The position numbers and the translations under genes were made by a program. A DNA stretch of 63,574 nt, filler included, from Collodictyon triciliatum (taxonomy: Eukaryota): assembly GCA_043381765.1 (NCBI GenBank). It is 5 parts of 5 records of this genome, joined end to end, with 100 filler letters (N's around TTAATTAATTAA, not from the genome) between each part and the next. Parts side by side here need not be neighbours in the genome. Positions count along the whole stretch, not along the records: positions 1 to 6,177 come from JBHJMP010001209.1; positions 6,278 to 27,252 come from JBHJMP010001210.1; 3 more parts are not named here. One strand, 5' to 3'. Position 1 is the first letter of the stretch, and every line of letters starts with the position of its first letter. The notes under the pieces were generated by a model. That model searched no databases and was not told the DNA's origin. It saw only the letters and a program-made list of their open reading frames with translations. Of this stretch, positions 1 through 19,947 are shown one piece after another.

Positions 1-261
1 AAATAACTTTGTTTTTTTTAAATATTTTTTTTTCCCCCACCCCCCCCCCCCCCCCAAGAAACCTTGCTATAGAAATACAAGCTTACGAGGCAGATTATCA
101 TGAAAAGCAAAGAAAAGTTCAAAGTCATAATCTCATGGAAAATAATAGGTAACTTTATCGTTCAATAAATAATAATCTTGGTTGTATCCATCTTTCGATG
201 AGCTAGAAACAATAAAATAAAAATAAAAAAATGTGACGAAGAAAAATAAATAAATAAAAAA

Positions 262-3200
262 CCTGTTTTGAAAACTCGTTCAACAAACGGTCAGCCCACA
301 GCCGGGATTGTGAAAAAGCTCTCGTAGGGTTCGACAAATCAGCACAATGGACAACAGTGCTGACAATCAGTCGGCGGTCATCCGCAGAGTCCCTGGAAAG
401 AGGTTTTGCTTCCAATCGATGGCCAAGCTTTGTCAAATCTTCAAAATGCCGCCCCATGTCCGTCCCCAGGATGGATTGAATCATTGTCTTTCTAATCTCC
501 TTGAATTCCGCCTGGAAAAAAAAAAGTATTATAGATTTATAATATCCCTAGTGAAAGCATTGTTCTTTCGTCAGCTCTAACTTTGATGGCGGGATTATGA
601 CATTGTCTAAAAATGAATAGCGCATTACGAGTGGAAGGTGTCTGATGACGCTGGTCTCGGATGTCATCAACAACCGAAAAGCAGTATGCGCATGATGGTT
701 CTCCAGAACAGAAACATCATTGTAAAGTATGGCGCGTTGGGATTCAGAGCTTATTTCGTAGCCATTCGTAAGTCCAGGATGGTCGAGGTCATGGCAAAGT
801 GCAGATAACATCAGCGAGTATATGTCCAGGTTACTATAATTAATCAAGATCTTTCTAAATGCTGTAGCATTACCCCACTCAAAGTTTTTGAAACGTGCGC
901 CAGTAGATCGGAAAAATGACATTAAAACAAAAGGAAATGAAAGAAATGGAAAAAAAATAACCTCAGATACTGGGCTACGCTTGTCTTCACAAGTATCATG
1001 AAACATATATGAGTGGCTGTAAAGCAATGCTGAAAATTGTGGAACGGGTTTGCATGGTAATTCCTTCGCACTGAATCGAGGAACTTTTGGAATGTTTCAA
1101 CTACCGATTCCAATGAGTTAATAAATCAATAAATAAATGAGAAACGGTAAATTCAAATTGCATATCTTGGAAATAAGGTAAGATTAGTAACGCTAGTTAT
1201 TAAACCTGTCTATTAAAAGAAAAACACATATTCTGATTTCGCAAACCTTCTACTCTATATGTCTGCAGTAAATTCAAATGGTTGAACATGTGAATAATCA
1301 TCGCGATGAGCTCCCCATCCGAATACTGCGTACCATCAAGTTCCCAATTGAATATAATGTCTGGAGTCTGATCAGACATCTTTTGTTGTCGTATGAGTAG
1401 AGACAAATCTGGCCAACTGCTAGATATTGGCTGTATTGCACTTTCAGGCAAAGCAACTTCATTCATAATCCATCGCTTTGTGTTCTGTAAGTATATTAAT
1501 AGTGGTTAGCTAGCCTATGAAATAAAACCAAAAAGTGAAACAAAACGAAACAAGATGCAATCCAATAAAACAAAATCATTTTATCTAGATAGCAGAAAAC
1601 TTATAGACCAGTGTACTTGACTTGAAATAAGCTTGTGTTACCTCATCTAGTGATTTGTCTAAAATCTCATCAATTTTTGGCTTGAACAAGTCTACTTGTG
1701 CCATTAGTGATACGCACTCCAATAGCTGCTTTTGGGCAGTATTTGCATCAAGTACACCTTTTGCGATATGCTGGACAGTTCGAAGAACCATCTATTATTC
1801 AAGGATGTAATTCTCGTAAGTTCTCCTGAAGTTGGCCATAGAAATGATCCAAACAGAATAAACAAATATAAATAATTCTGGTCTGATACAATATCAAATA
1901 CTTTTTAATTACCTGAATGGGAGCTTCAATCATTTGGGTGGCTTGGCTTCTGATATCACCAATTTGCAATTGAAGAGCATCAACTTCCTTCCGCATCATT
2001 TCCATTTGGGTAAGGTCTTCGATGATTAACAAAACACCATTCGATTCCCCTTTCGAATCATGTAAGGGTGAAACCAAATAATTTATTGGAATAGATATCC
2101 TATGATTTTGAGTTCCTTCCTGAAAACCAGCCGAAACGGTCTCGCTGTCTGATTTTTTTTTTTTAAAAAAAAAGGTTTAGAGGTTTAGATTTTTTTTTTT
2201 TACTTTAGCATTTTCTTTCCGATAATGTTCTTCTATTTTATGTATATGTTTTTTATTTCGTTTTTCTTCTCATTTAATATAGACCTTGTCCTACAGCGGG
2301 AATCACGGTCACCGATTTATATGGAACGACGGTTCTTGGGACGAGATTAAAGTTTTCGACGTAAATATTCCGCCCTCCTGAGAATAGAACTGATTGCACA
2401 TCTGTAAGCAGCCTTGTATTCTTTTTGTCAAACCAGTCCTTCATAATTTTTTTTTTATTAAGTTATCATGTATAAAATTTTAGCCTTGAAATGGTTCAAA
2501 AGGATATTACAAAAAAAAAAAAGAAAAGAAAAGAAAGAAAGCAAAAAAACCTCAATATGATGAGACTTGAAGAACCCTTCATCATCCCCAAGCAATACCC
2601 CCAATGGATGGTTAACAGAGTGTAATCTGCCGTTTTTGCCTAAAATTTGTTATTTATTTGTAAAATATTTTTTGTGTCTATACAACACTATTTTCCTGTC
2701 ATTTCAGAAAAGAAAAATAATACCGATATGCAACACGAAATGGTTGATAGACTCCATAATACTCTGCATATACGCATTCAATTCAGATGTTTCTTGGTAT
2801 AATTGTGAATTGACAATTGCAATGGCCGCTTGTGCGCAAAAGGCTGACAAGATATCCTCATCATCCTTGTTGAAAGCTTCTCCTGAGAGTTTATTAACCA
2901 TCTGAAGTGCCCCAATTACCTGGAGTGCACGAAAGATAAATAAAAAGAGAATAAAAGTAAAAGAAGCATCATCATGGTATATTGCAGCGTGTTTGATTAA
3001 AAATACAAATGTGTTAAATACTGTATTCGAATGATTTTTTTTCAAAGGAAAATCAAACCTTTCCATCGCCCAGCTTTACTGGCGTACACAGAATTGTGCT
3101 CGTTTTATACCCAGTCCCTTTGTCAACCTCCTGATTGAATCTAGGCTCTTTGTATGCATCTGGAATATTGAGAGTCACGCCTTCTTGCGCAACATACCCG

Positions 3201-5766
3201 ACTATACCAGAACCATAGGGGACCTTAATTTCCTGTACAATCAATTTGAAGGTTTCGTTTTAATCCATAGATATTGTACTTTCAAGGGCTAAAGAACAAC
3301 TGAAATAACAAAAAAACGTACGTTCCCTTCAAGGAGCTTGGTGTACAACTCTTTCTTTTCTCGGTTAGCAAAGAATAAAGTGCATCTGTCCGCTTGGACC
3401 AACTCACGCGACTTTGACCTCAGAACCTTACCCAATGAGATGATTTATTTATTTAGTATATAGCATGTAATAAATGAAAAAAGTATTATACAATAAAACA
3501 AAGGAATATGGAAATGGAAAACCCACATTCACTAAAGGTTCTAATTCGAGCTCAGATGATACAACATTTGATATATCCACTAAGGCCTGGAATTTTTGCC
3601 TTTCTCTGAGTTCTCTTCCATACGCTTGTGAATTTGTAATCGATATAGCTGCTTGAATACAGAATGCTTCTAATAATTCCTCATCTGCCGTGCCGAAGAC
3701 ATCTTTTCTCTTGTTAATCATTTGGATGACTCCGACAATAACTCCACTGTCTCTTCTTTTAACTGGCATACAAAGGATGCTTTTCGTGCGGTATCCGGTC
3801 TGGGAATCAAAATGGGAGTTGAATCGGTCGTCTTCATATGCATCTCTTATGTTTATTGTCTCCCCGGTTGTTGCTACTGACCCAGCTATTCCTTGATTCA
3901 AAGGAAAGTGAATCTCATTTCCTTCCTCAAGTGTCGTCCATAATTCCTGCAAGAAAATAAAATAAATGACGATTAAAAGTTAAAACAGGGTCGGTGGCTT
4001 AGAAAATGCCAATTTTTTTTTGATTTTTCTCCTCATTTTTCTTTTAGAAACGAAGTGCAACAGATAAGATGATTGTTTTTTTTTTTGTTCCAAGTAAACA
4101 GAAAGAAAACCTTCTTTGAGTGATCTACGATAAATATGGTGCACTTATCAGCATCCAAAAGCTCCCTAGATTTGGCCCGAAGAATGTCAATGAGGGGCTG
4201 AATGCGCAGTTCAGAAGAGACCACATTAGATATCTCCACTAAACCATGGAATCTTTTCTTTGTTCGTGCTTCACGTTCAGCCAGAATGGCATTGTAAAGA
4301 ATCAACCCGGTCAACGAGGATAGCGTATCCATGAGCTTAACATCTTCCTTGCTGAATTGAGAGGATACAGCAACAATGCATCCAATAGTATTGTCTGAAT
4401 TGTCATCCAACGGGTGTGCATACACTGCATTACCGAGAAAGACACTGTCGAGATCTGGCGAAGTGATTTGCTCCTTATCAAACGATGGGATAAAAACAGC
4501 TTCTTGAGATTGGATTACCCTACCAACCAAACCTGCTCCGTATTCAAAGGTTGATTCATGGCCTCCCATTTCGACAGTAGAGGTCACAAGCGAAAAGTGT
4601 TTTCCAGAGTCTGAGACCTTGTATATCAATAGAAACTTAGCCTTGATTGTGGATTGCATCGACTTCATAATGGTATTCAGAGACTCCTCTGGCCCTGTGC
4701 AGGATGTAGCCTCAGAGTAAACCGAGAGAGTGGTTCCTATGCGGACAAATTGACTGGCAAGTTCTTTCATCCATTCCTCTTTAGCATGCTCATCAAGTTG
4801 TTTCCAGTCGGCCATGAATTTCGAAAAGGACACCGAGCGTTTGTTTGAGAGCAGGGAGAATATTTGCTTCGCAATATCAGGATCTGTAAAGTATGTATTT
4901 TGATGAAAGACGGACCGAATGGCACTCATTTTTGCAATTGCACTCAACAACTTCATCTTTGACTCTCTTCCACTGGAACTGAACCGCCGTCCTTTTTCTT
5001 GTCCGTCTCGTTCTGCTGGTACAAACTGTGCGCATACATATTTTTTTTTTCCATTTTAATTAATGGGGTTCATGCGAAAATCAGGTATGTATAGTTTCAG
5101 AGTTCTATTATATACGCTATATATTCTAGGTATCATACCCGTGTAGCAATTTTCACGAGTGAATCATGCACTCTTTTGAAATGTCGGTTATGTGAATTAG
5201 TATACATAAATATTTACTTCCTTCAGCTCGGTTAGTTTGTCCTCAGCCGCTGATTCGGATGCTGGAGGGATGTCATTCGGTAGAGGCGATATATTTTTGA
5301 CTTCAAGGGGTGTTTCCTTAATGTGGACTGCTTTTGGAGTTGCCGAAACCCGGCTTTCGTGCAATCGTCTTGAGCCCTCTGTAGTGTGTAAATTGCCTTT
5401 CGATATGGGTGGGAGGGATACAGACGCTTTTGAGCTCTGTAGTTCGGATTCCCCCGAAGTTCTATCCTTTGATTCGGGTGTTTTTGTCTGGCTCAAGGGT
5501 TGACTGGGTGGTGATTTTGATTCTGTTTCATGTGTATCGGGATTGCCATCTTGTTTGGGTACTTGTATTGACGAATATAGCAGGCGAGTCAAATGGAGCA
5601 GCTCAGTAAGGATGGCTCTGCGATTCTGCGCAGGCAGCTGGTCTAATCGGGATGGTAGTTCAGCGTCTTTCTCGTGGCTGTGGAAGAAGCTTTCAATCAT
5701 GGCACTGTAGACTGGCGCAGCCTTTTGAAGTTTCTGTAGAGATTTTATAGGAATATTGTTTGACAT
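262..5766 (-). CDS. Class I cyclic-nucleotide phosphodiesterase with three GAF domains and a PAS-like region; multi-exon, 3' end not resolved (probably runs off the left edge)
   Basis: GAF motifs (GIAGSVATTGETINIRDAYEDDRFN..D..TGYRTKSILCMP; GIVGYVAQEG..NIPDAYKEPRFNQEVD). PAS-like end SPLHDSKGESNGVLLIIEDLT. Catalytic motifs YHANPFHNFQH, HDLDHPG, VLENHH, ILGTDM, HCADLSNP, EFSKQ. GT-AG introns keep frame where checked. Confidence 0.93.
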
Positions 5767-6177
5767 TTCTCAAGCTATTTAATTAAAAGGTAAGTGGAAA
5801 ATGAAAAATATTACGAATATTGCATTTTACAATATAACTGAAATCAGTCATGTGAAAATATGGTCATACTAACCATAATTGCATTTCTGAAACGCGAGTG
5901 GATGTTTTGTGTGGTGTGTGCTGTGGTGTTGGCGAATTCATTTTCTTGGGGATTGGATTGGATTTCGTACATGTGGAATCGCTGGTAAGATAAATGATGA
6001 ATTAATAAATGGAGTTTTTTATTTTACTTTTTTTTTTTTACTGCAAATGTCCATGTAGTTACAATACATCGACAGAAGGACGAGCGAACAACGTGGCCAC
6101 AAAAACAAATAAAAAACAAATAAAAAACAAATAAAAAACAAATAAAAAACAAATAAAAAACAAATAAAAAACAAATA

Positions 6178-6277
6178 NNNNNNNNNNNNNNNNNNNNNNN
6201 NNNNNNNNNNNNNNNNNNNNNTTAATTAATTAANNNNNNNNNNNNNNNNNNNNNNNNNNNNNNNNNNNNNNNNNNNN
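6178..6277. other. Artificial contig-join spacer (N-run + TTAATTAATTAA + N-run)
   Basis: Same 12-mer, with stops in all six frames, sits centred in Ns at 6222, 27297, 48382 and 59622; genes are truncated at the joins. Confidence 0.95.
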
Positions 6278-6345
6278 AAGTAATCCACCATGTAAAACAA
6301 AAATAATTTATCATGAATGCTCCCTTCCTTGAACATTTTATGTTA

Positions 6346-8466
<2,121 letters not shown>

Positions 8467-8743
8467 GTTTATTTCCTTTCTTTTATTTATTATCTATTAC
8501 TAGTATGAAAGTAGAGGCCTCGCTTGTCTGATCAGAGCAACAGGATCACCCACACACGCACAAGCACGCAGGCAGGCAGGCTATGCTTTGTGAGCATTGA
8601 TTGTGTGTGTGATTCGGGTGTGTTTTGATCAACAGAATATTTCCAAATGCGGAATATAAATATAGGAATTCATCAGGCAAGGCTGGCAATTAGGCAGGGA
8701 AGAGGAGCATAGATACAGGAGAGGAAACGCGGGTGTGCATCGG

Positions 8744-9601
8744 TCAAGAGAAGGAGAAGAGGGAATTGGAATTGGAATTGGAATTGGAATTGGGGTGGGA
8801 GTGGGGATAAGAGGAGGAGATTGGCGGGGTGCGGAGCGCGCGGAGGGGCGGCAGAAGCGGGTCTGGAGAGCGTGCGCGTGTAGGAGCGGGGGCGATGCAG
8901 AGGGGCTGTGGCAGATACTGTGGCTGTAGTTGTGGCTGTGGTTGTGGCTGTGCGGCAGCCACAAAGGCGGCGTGGAGGCTGCGGAGGGCGTGCGGGGCGG
9001 CGTGGAGGCGGAAGCGGAGGGTGGCGAGCATGTGGAGCTCGAGGCGGTTGTAGCGGGGGAGCGGCATGCGCAGGAGGCGGGCGTGCGTCAGATTGTTGAA
9101 GGGCCGGTCCTCCAGGAACTTTGCGGCCAGCCCCAGGGCGACGCCGAGCAGTGCGCAGACGTTGGCCGTGCGCAGGCGGAAGGGGCGGGGCAGCTGCGGC
9201 TGTGGCAGGGTTTGTGGCTGTGGCAGGGTTTGTGGCTGACTCCGCTGCACACCGCGCACGTAACGCTGCACATACAACAGCGCAGCACACAGGACGCCGT
9301 CGCCGCACAGCGCAAACGCCCGCACCGCCTGCAGCAGCGCCCGCACGCTCTCCCCGCTCGCGCCGGAAAAGGCATCCTCCGCAGCCTCGCCTTCTCCTTG
9401 TCCTTCGCCTTGTCCTTCGCCTTGTCCTTCTCCGTCCTTTTCGCACACGCACGCCAGATAGTGCTCCACCTGCGAGTGCACACCCTCCCGTGTCACCCCG
9501 GCCGGCAGCCGCCAGTCCTCGTCCTCGCCCCCTGTGGCGGTGGTCTGCGTCTTGGGCTCGCCTCCGCTTTTGTCCTTGGTCATCGTAGTTCGCTTCCGCA
9601 T
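8744..9601 (-). CDS. PHO80/cyclin-U(P)-like cyclin, single exon, GC-rich, with EGQG, PQ and NS repeats
   Basis: Cyclin box: VLCAALLYVQRY...NVCALLGVALGLAAKFLEDRPFNN..HARLL.MPL...NRLELHMLATLRFRLH. Confidence 0.82.
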   Translation of the reverse strand: MRKRTTMTKDKSGGEPKTQTTATGGEDEDWRLPAGVTREGVHSQVEHYLACVCEKDGEGQGEGQGEGQGEGEAAEDAFSGASGESVRALLQAVRAFALCGDGVLCAALLYVQRYVRGVQRSQPQTLPQPQTLPQPQLPRPFRLRTANVCALLGVALGLAAKFLEDRPFNNLTHARLLRMPLPRYNRLELHMLATLRFRLHAAPHALRSLHAAFVAAAQPQPQPQLQPQYLPQPLCIAPAPTRARSPDPLLPPLRALRTPPISSSYPHSHPNSNSNSNSNSLFSFS

Positions 9602-10413
9602 TCCTCTCTGTTTGTCTCCTGTGTGTCCCGTTAGAATCCTGCGTCTCTTTGTCTCTTCTGTCTATTGTCTATTGTCTCACGTCTATTGTCTCATCTGTTG
9701 TCTCATTGTCTCTGGGTGACTCGATATGTCGTTGGTTTGCTGGCGGGTTGGGATTTGGAGCTTGGTTGCTGTCGTAAGAGCGTTCTCTTCCCTGTCCGTT
9801 TTCGTTTCATGGCTTCTGATGTAGTCACTTTAGCGCGGGCGGCTTCTTGCGTATGTGGGTATTTATATATGTTTCTTGGCAAGACTATTTTCCTGTTTTC
9901 GTCTGAATTTCTTGGGATAGTTGCGCCTGATTGGGGTAATCTAGCTGCTTTTGGGCGAGTCCTTTGGGCATAAATTGCCTTCTTTGTCGCAATTCTGAGA
10001 AGGCTTTGACTTTGTTGGGAGGAGGTGCTGGCCAGAGGAAACCTCGCTTCGGCCTTATGTCCTGCTTATGGATTCGCGTGGGTGTCGCCAAAAGCCTGCT
10101 AAGGTCGACGATGGAACTGAAGCGGGAAGGTTTTTCTTGAGCCAAAGAAGGCGGGTTGTGTGATGGGGATGGAAATTGTGATGAGAAAAAAAGCGTGATG
10201 GTGAATCCGTTTGTGGTGGTTTAATTCTTTTGGTTGGAAAGTCAATAAACCAGGCTCAAAATCAAGAAATAGCTTAGAAACTCAGATTCGGGTATCAAGT
10301 GCATGCGTTTGGTTGGGGGTTGTGTTTCTGGCATTTCCCCTATGCCTTCTTGCTTTATTCTGGTTTTGTGATTTTCTGCTTCCGTTGGCGAGAGCGGATA
10401 GGGCCGATACATG

Positions 10414-13400
10414 TCATTTTGCTGATGTGGATGTGCCGGTGAGAAACTCCCAGTTCTTGACCTAGTTCAGATGCTATTACTACCAAAAAACAAAAAAACA
10501 AAAAAACAAAAAAACAAAAAAACAAAAAAACAAAAAAACAAAAAAAAAAAAAAACAAAAAACAAAAAACAAAAAACAAAAAACAAAAAAACAAAATACAA
10601 AATACAAAAAATAACAAAACTACCATCAGCTTTTGGGTGCACAACAATGCCTGCTTTTGAACCTCTATATGCGAATGAACCATCAGACCCATAATCAAGG
10701 CCTTTGCTTGGAGTTCCTGGACGATTCTAGAATTCATTGGGCGGGGTAAGTAAATTTCTTCTGAGATAGGGAAATGGAATAAAATAACACATCACAGAGT
10801 TTTTATTTTGATGGTCTTGAATAAATTATGGAAATAAAAAGGAAATGCAGAGCGCTCTCACATTTTGCCCCGTGGGTGGTAGCAAACAAACTCTCCCAAG
10901 TCATGGCAAGCAACGGCCAGGACTTGGGGACTCTCAGAGGTTCTCAATATCTGAATCAAAGCCCTATATATATATATTTCGTTTTTGTTTAGCTTGAATG
11001 TTATATCTCGAAGGGATTATCTTTCTATATTGGCGTTTCTATGAGCAATTATTCATTAATTTAATTATTGTTTCCATTTATTCGAAAAAAAGTGTATTTC
11101 AAAAGAGATTGAATAGAATTTGATTTTTTTTGAACTAGCTAGCCAGGATTTCATTATATTTAATCTTGGGTTTACATGTAAGATATCTCATTTGTTACTT
11201 TAGTAAATGATGCTCCCGTTCTTCAAATCGTTTGATATTCTCCCTCCAAAATGTTTCAGATGTATGAACCGGACTCCACTGTAGCTGTCCAGATAAAATT
11301 TCCTCTTGATAGTGATCAAATGAACTAACATAATCGACCACCATTTTTAATGCCTCGCTTTCTTGACAGGTATGATAATCACACAATTCACAGACACAAA
11401 AGAAGAAAAAAGAAAGAAGCGTACTTATAAAGACAAACAACATGTAATTGCTTCCCTAACCCAAAGTGGGTACACACATTCGAAAATTTTAAATACAGTA
11501 GGCAGCCCATACCTCAGAACGTGCTTTTCGGCATGAATTCTTTCTCGAAGTGTCCGAATATCCTCCTCAATATCCTCGTCACCCCAAGTTTTTTTCGAAA
11601 ATGAGTCAAGAATCTTTAGAATTCCATATGCAAGCATGGTTTCGATATGCTTTGTATTGGCCGATAGATTCTGCCAATATTTCAATGTGTAAAGAAAAAC
11701 AATTAAAAACAAACACGAGTAAAAGATATTTGCTTCCATACTTTCATCGTTTTATACTTTTGTGCATGTATACTTATATGTAGGTTAATACCATTAGAAT
11801 GGGCTTTAGGTTAAAAATATGACTCTTTTAAACACATGAATAACAAATTCTATGAGCTAATCTTGTTTGACTGAACACTAATATGAAAAACACCAATAAA
11901 GCCGACACGTATTTAATTTCACTCAAAATTGATTAAAGACCAACCCTCAAAGCTGCAAGTGACATCCTCAAAACCTTTTCCTTTTCTGCAACTCGGAGCA
12001 CATCCACCAGCACAGCAATCAGATCAGAAGAATCCCTCAGAAACTCCATATCAATCACCTGTGCATCATACGACATCAACCACACACAAAATATGGACTC
12101 ATACATCAGTTGAATATCCTTTATGGGCCGTATATTCTTCTTTATTAACTCAGCAACCCTATTTCGGAATTACATACGAATCAGCCACATGAAAAAAAAA
12201 ATCAATATATTGCAGGGTGAATGTCTTCTCCCTTGTTTTATTACAAGCTATTTCGAAGATTCCGAATCGAAATTACTCACATCTGTAGCGTACCATGTCT
12301 TGCAGCATGGAATCGATTCGGCCGATGTCTCAACAGGACCATCAAAGATTCAATCGGAACTCGAATATTCAAAATACCCTCTTTAATACTCTCATTGACC
12401 CACGCAATATACAATGTAGAGTGGTCCTGGGAGTGCAGCTCTGAGGGATTTGCTCTATTTTTTTTAAAGCAATTGTGGATCAAAAATTAGCATAGGGATT
12501 AATCAAGTCAACTTTTGTGATTCGTGAACTTTTTTTTTTTTTAGTATTGAGAGCGGTGTTGTGATCATTTTTACTATGTATATTAGGCAGAATAACATCG
12601 GTATTTATCTTTGAAATAAACAGTATGCTAACACGAGTAGTTTCGCCAGGATGAATGCTGTCGTTCGAACACTGGGCTCATGAGATCGTCGAAGCAATCT
12701 TTGAAATCAACGTTAAGCTTTTTCCTTTTCTTTTTTTTTGTAAAAAAAAAAAAGGCAAATGTATTTTTCAAAATAAAATGGTTATGTCTCTATCTTGATT
12801 ACCTATAGAATAACTGGAATGGAGAGCTTATGTTTTCTGGCAAATGTGTCTCTATATGCTTGTACAAATTTTCCACAACTTTCACAAATGAAGGAGAAAA
12901 TAGTGATTATTTTTTTTTTTAAAAAAAAAGGTGAAATAAGCTATTCCTTATATTCAAGAATCGAGTGTTATACTTATTGAATATTTATGGCTTTTCGATT
13001 CCCTTTTAGTTCAAATAGCATATTATTATCACAGATAATTACATCCACTGATCTCATCCATCCATTGTAGGGCATAATACAAGACGTCATCCTTTGCAAT
13101 ACGATACAACAGCGCCACAATAATCGAGACAATTTCATCCTGATTCTGATATCATAATTCATCAGAAAAAAAACAACAACTTGATATGCATAAACGACAT
13201 GATAAGTGGTACTCATATATGCATATCTTCTTTCTTTATTTACAGGATATATCTTATTCAAGAGGACGTTGAAGTTGTATTGTTTATGATGCAGATGTAT
13301 ATGTGTAGCCAGCGAGAAGGATCTTTTACACCTTAAACATGATATAGCTTTTCACAATAGGATCGGTAATGATCGCCCATTCACCTGAAGAAAGAAAGCC

Positions 13401-13600
13401 TGCTTCATGTCCTTTGGGGCACTGTCATACTGGACAAGCAGCTGCAGCTGATTGGCCTGCGTCAAAGGGGCGTAATACCTGTGCCAAAGCCCGCTGAGTT
13501 GGCTGTGTGGGACTGGATCAGACTCCACTCGGCCGTCGAGTCCAGATGCACGATGATCGGCCATTTGGATCTCCATAGCACTCGCATACTTTCTGGACAT
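10414..13600 (-). CDS. ATP6V1H: V-type proton ATPase subunit H
   Basis: IQLMYESIFCVWLMSY, EKEKVLRMSLAALR, WGDEDIEEDI, SSFDHYQEEILSGQLQWSPVHTSETFWRENIKRF, LAVACHDLGEF, EVQKQALLCTQKLMVKNWEFL. Confidence 0.93.
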
Positions 13601-13693
13601 GACCCTGTGTTTTGATCGGGGCTCAGACACTTAGTTTAAGGGCCGGGTGGAAGAGCGGGTGTGTGACTGGCCAGACGCCAAAGCGCTGCACGG

Positions 13694-13858
13694 AAAAGAA
13701 AAAAAGAAAAAAGAAAAAAGAAAAGAGAAAAAAGAAAAGAGAAAAAAGAAAAGAAAAGAAAAAAGAAAAGAAAAAAGAAAAGAAAAAAGAAAAGAAAAAA
13801 GAAAAGAAAAAAGAAAAGAAAAAAGAAAAGAAAAAAGAAAAAAGAAAAAAGAAAAAAG

Positions 13859-13891
<33 letters not shown>

Positions 13892-13962
13892 GAAAAAAGA
13901 AAAGAAAAAAGAAAAGAAAAAAGAAAAAGAAAAAAAAAGGAAAAAAAGAAAAAAAAAGAAAA
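13694..13962. repeat. (AAAAG/AAAAAAG)n low-complexity tract upstream of V-ATPase H
   Basis: Direct inspection. Confidence 0.9.
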
Positions 13963-14297
13963 GCAGAAAGAGGCTTTGCAATCAAATAAAGAGCACTCTT
14001 TATGATTATAACTTTCTGCTATGAGCCGTGAGACTATGGGAGGCACTTGGTGGTTGTGTCGGTGATATTGCGCTTGACGTCATGTCAGAAAGTCTGCATT
14101 CAGAAAGCGTATACACTTTCACTTGTTGCGTGCAGAGTGCGGCTGACAGAAACAGTGCCAAGCGTGGATAATGTTTCGACTTTCTATACAATCTAGTGCA
14201 TGTAAGAGCTCCAACATCTGGGGGTTGAGTCAGATGATACAGCAAGGCTGAGCTGTAGGACAGAATGCAGTCCACATGGAATGATAACAAACACTTT

Positions 14298-18765
<4,468 letters not shown>

Positions 18766-19527
18766 TTCTTGTCCTGGATCTTTGCAAGTATTTATTTTCT
18801 TTTTTTCTTTTCTTCTTCTTTTCTTCTTCTTCTTCTCTTCTTTTCTTTTTCTTTTTTCATTTTTCATTTTCATTTTCATTTTCATTTTCTTTCTTCTTCT
18901 TTTCTTTTTCTTTTTCTTTTTTCATTTTTCTTTTTTCATTTTTCATTTTCATTTTCTTTCTTTTTTCTTTCTTTTTTCTTTCTTTTTTCTTTCTTTTTTC
19001 TTTCTTTTTTCTTTTTTTCGTTGGCCAGAAAGTTTTCGTTGTGATGTTTTCAACGACGCAGCTTTTCATCAATTCTGGAAAATATAAAGTAAAATATTAA
19101 AAATCCTCTATTAGGAGTTATTATCATATTTAAAATTAAATATCGCTATGGGTAATGTATATAAATCATAATATAGTTGTTGAATATCTCTGGAGCTAAT
19201 TCTGCCCATGTCTCCAGAAAGCGGCCAATTTACAGGTGTTTTCTATGAATCATCATCTGAAGGGCGAAAGGCTGGGACGCGGGTGTGGCAAAGCGAGACA
19301 GGAAGCGATGGACAAGCGAGATTCTCTCAGTCGATAACACCGGGCAAAGACAGTAAGGGAAGCCGAAGACCTCGGCAAAGCCAAGCATAAGAGGCAACCT
19401 TTCCCACTTTCTCTCTCGCTTTCCTTCTCGCTTTCTCCTGGTCTTAACTAGATCACACCTTGTTTCCATGCAATAAATCTTCTTTCGATCCAGGTCTTTC
19501 AGTTTGAAGCTAAACCCACGGCTTAAG

Positions 19528-19728
19528 AAACAAACAAACAAACAAACAAACAAACAAACAAACAAACAAACAAACAAACAAACAAACAAACAAACAAACA
19601 AACAAACAAACAAACAAACAAACAAACAAANAAACAAACAAACAAACAAACAAACAAACAAACAAACAAACAAACAAACAAACAAACAAACAAACAAACA
19701 AACAAACAAACAAACAAACAAACAAACA
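19528..19728. repeat. (AAAC)n microsatellite between divergent channel and F-BAR genes
   Basis: About 200 bp of near-perfect tandem array. Confidence 0.95.
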
Positions 19729-19947
19729 AAAAAAACCCAAAGGCCCACTCTACTGCACAGGGGCCGTTTCTTGTCCTGTATTTTCTTTGCTGTTCTCTCT
19801 TCCCATATACATATATATATGCATAACAAGGAAAACAAATTATCCTCTTTTTTTTTAGGCGGTTAAGCGAGTCGCTGTCGAGTCGATCCGTCTGATTCTT
19901 TCTCTATCACAATCTTTGTCCAAAACACAGCTGCTGACTCACGCCTG

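Noticed and set aside
6222-6233. Palindromic TTAATTAATTAA repeated four times
   Set aside because: It is always centred in N-runs and gives stops in all six frames, so it is an assembly linker, not biology.
8673-9634. Multiple overlapping ORFs on both strands around the cyclin, and around CBS 31971-32811
   Set aside because: They are shadow ORFs caused by high GC; only one frame has family motifs.
13612-14046. Long K/R/E- or F/S/L-rich ORFs (also ~6222-6950, 18660-19100, 19230-19866, 25271-25687, 27297-28387, 33052-33651)
   Set aside because: These are translations of microsatellites that lack stop codons.
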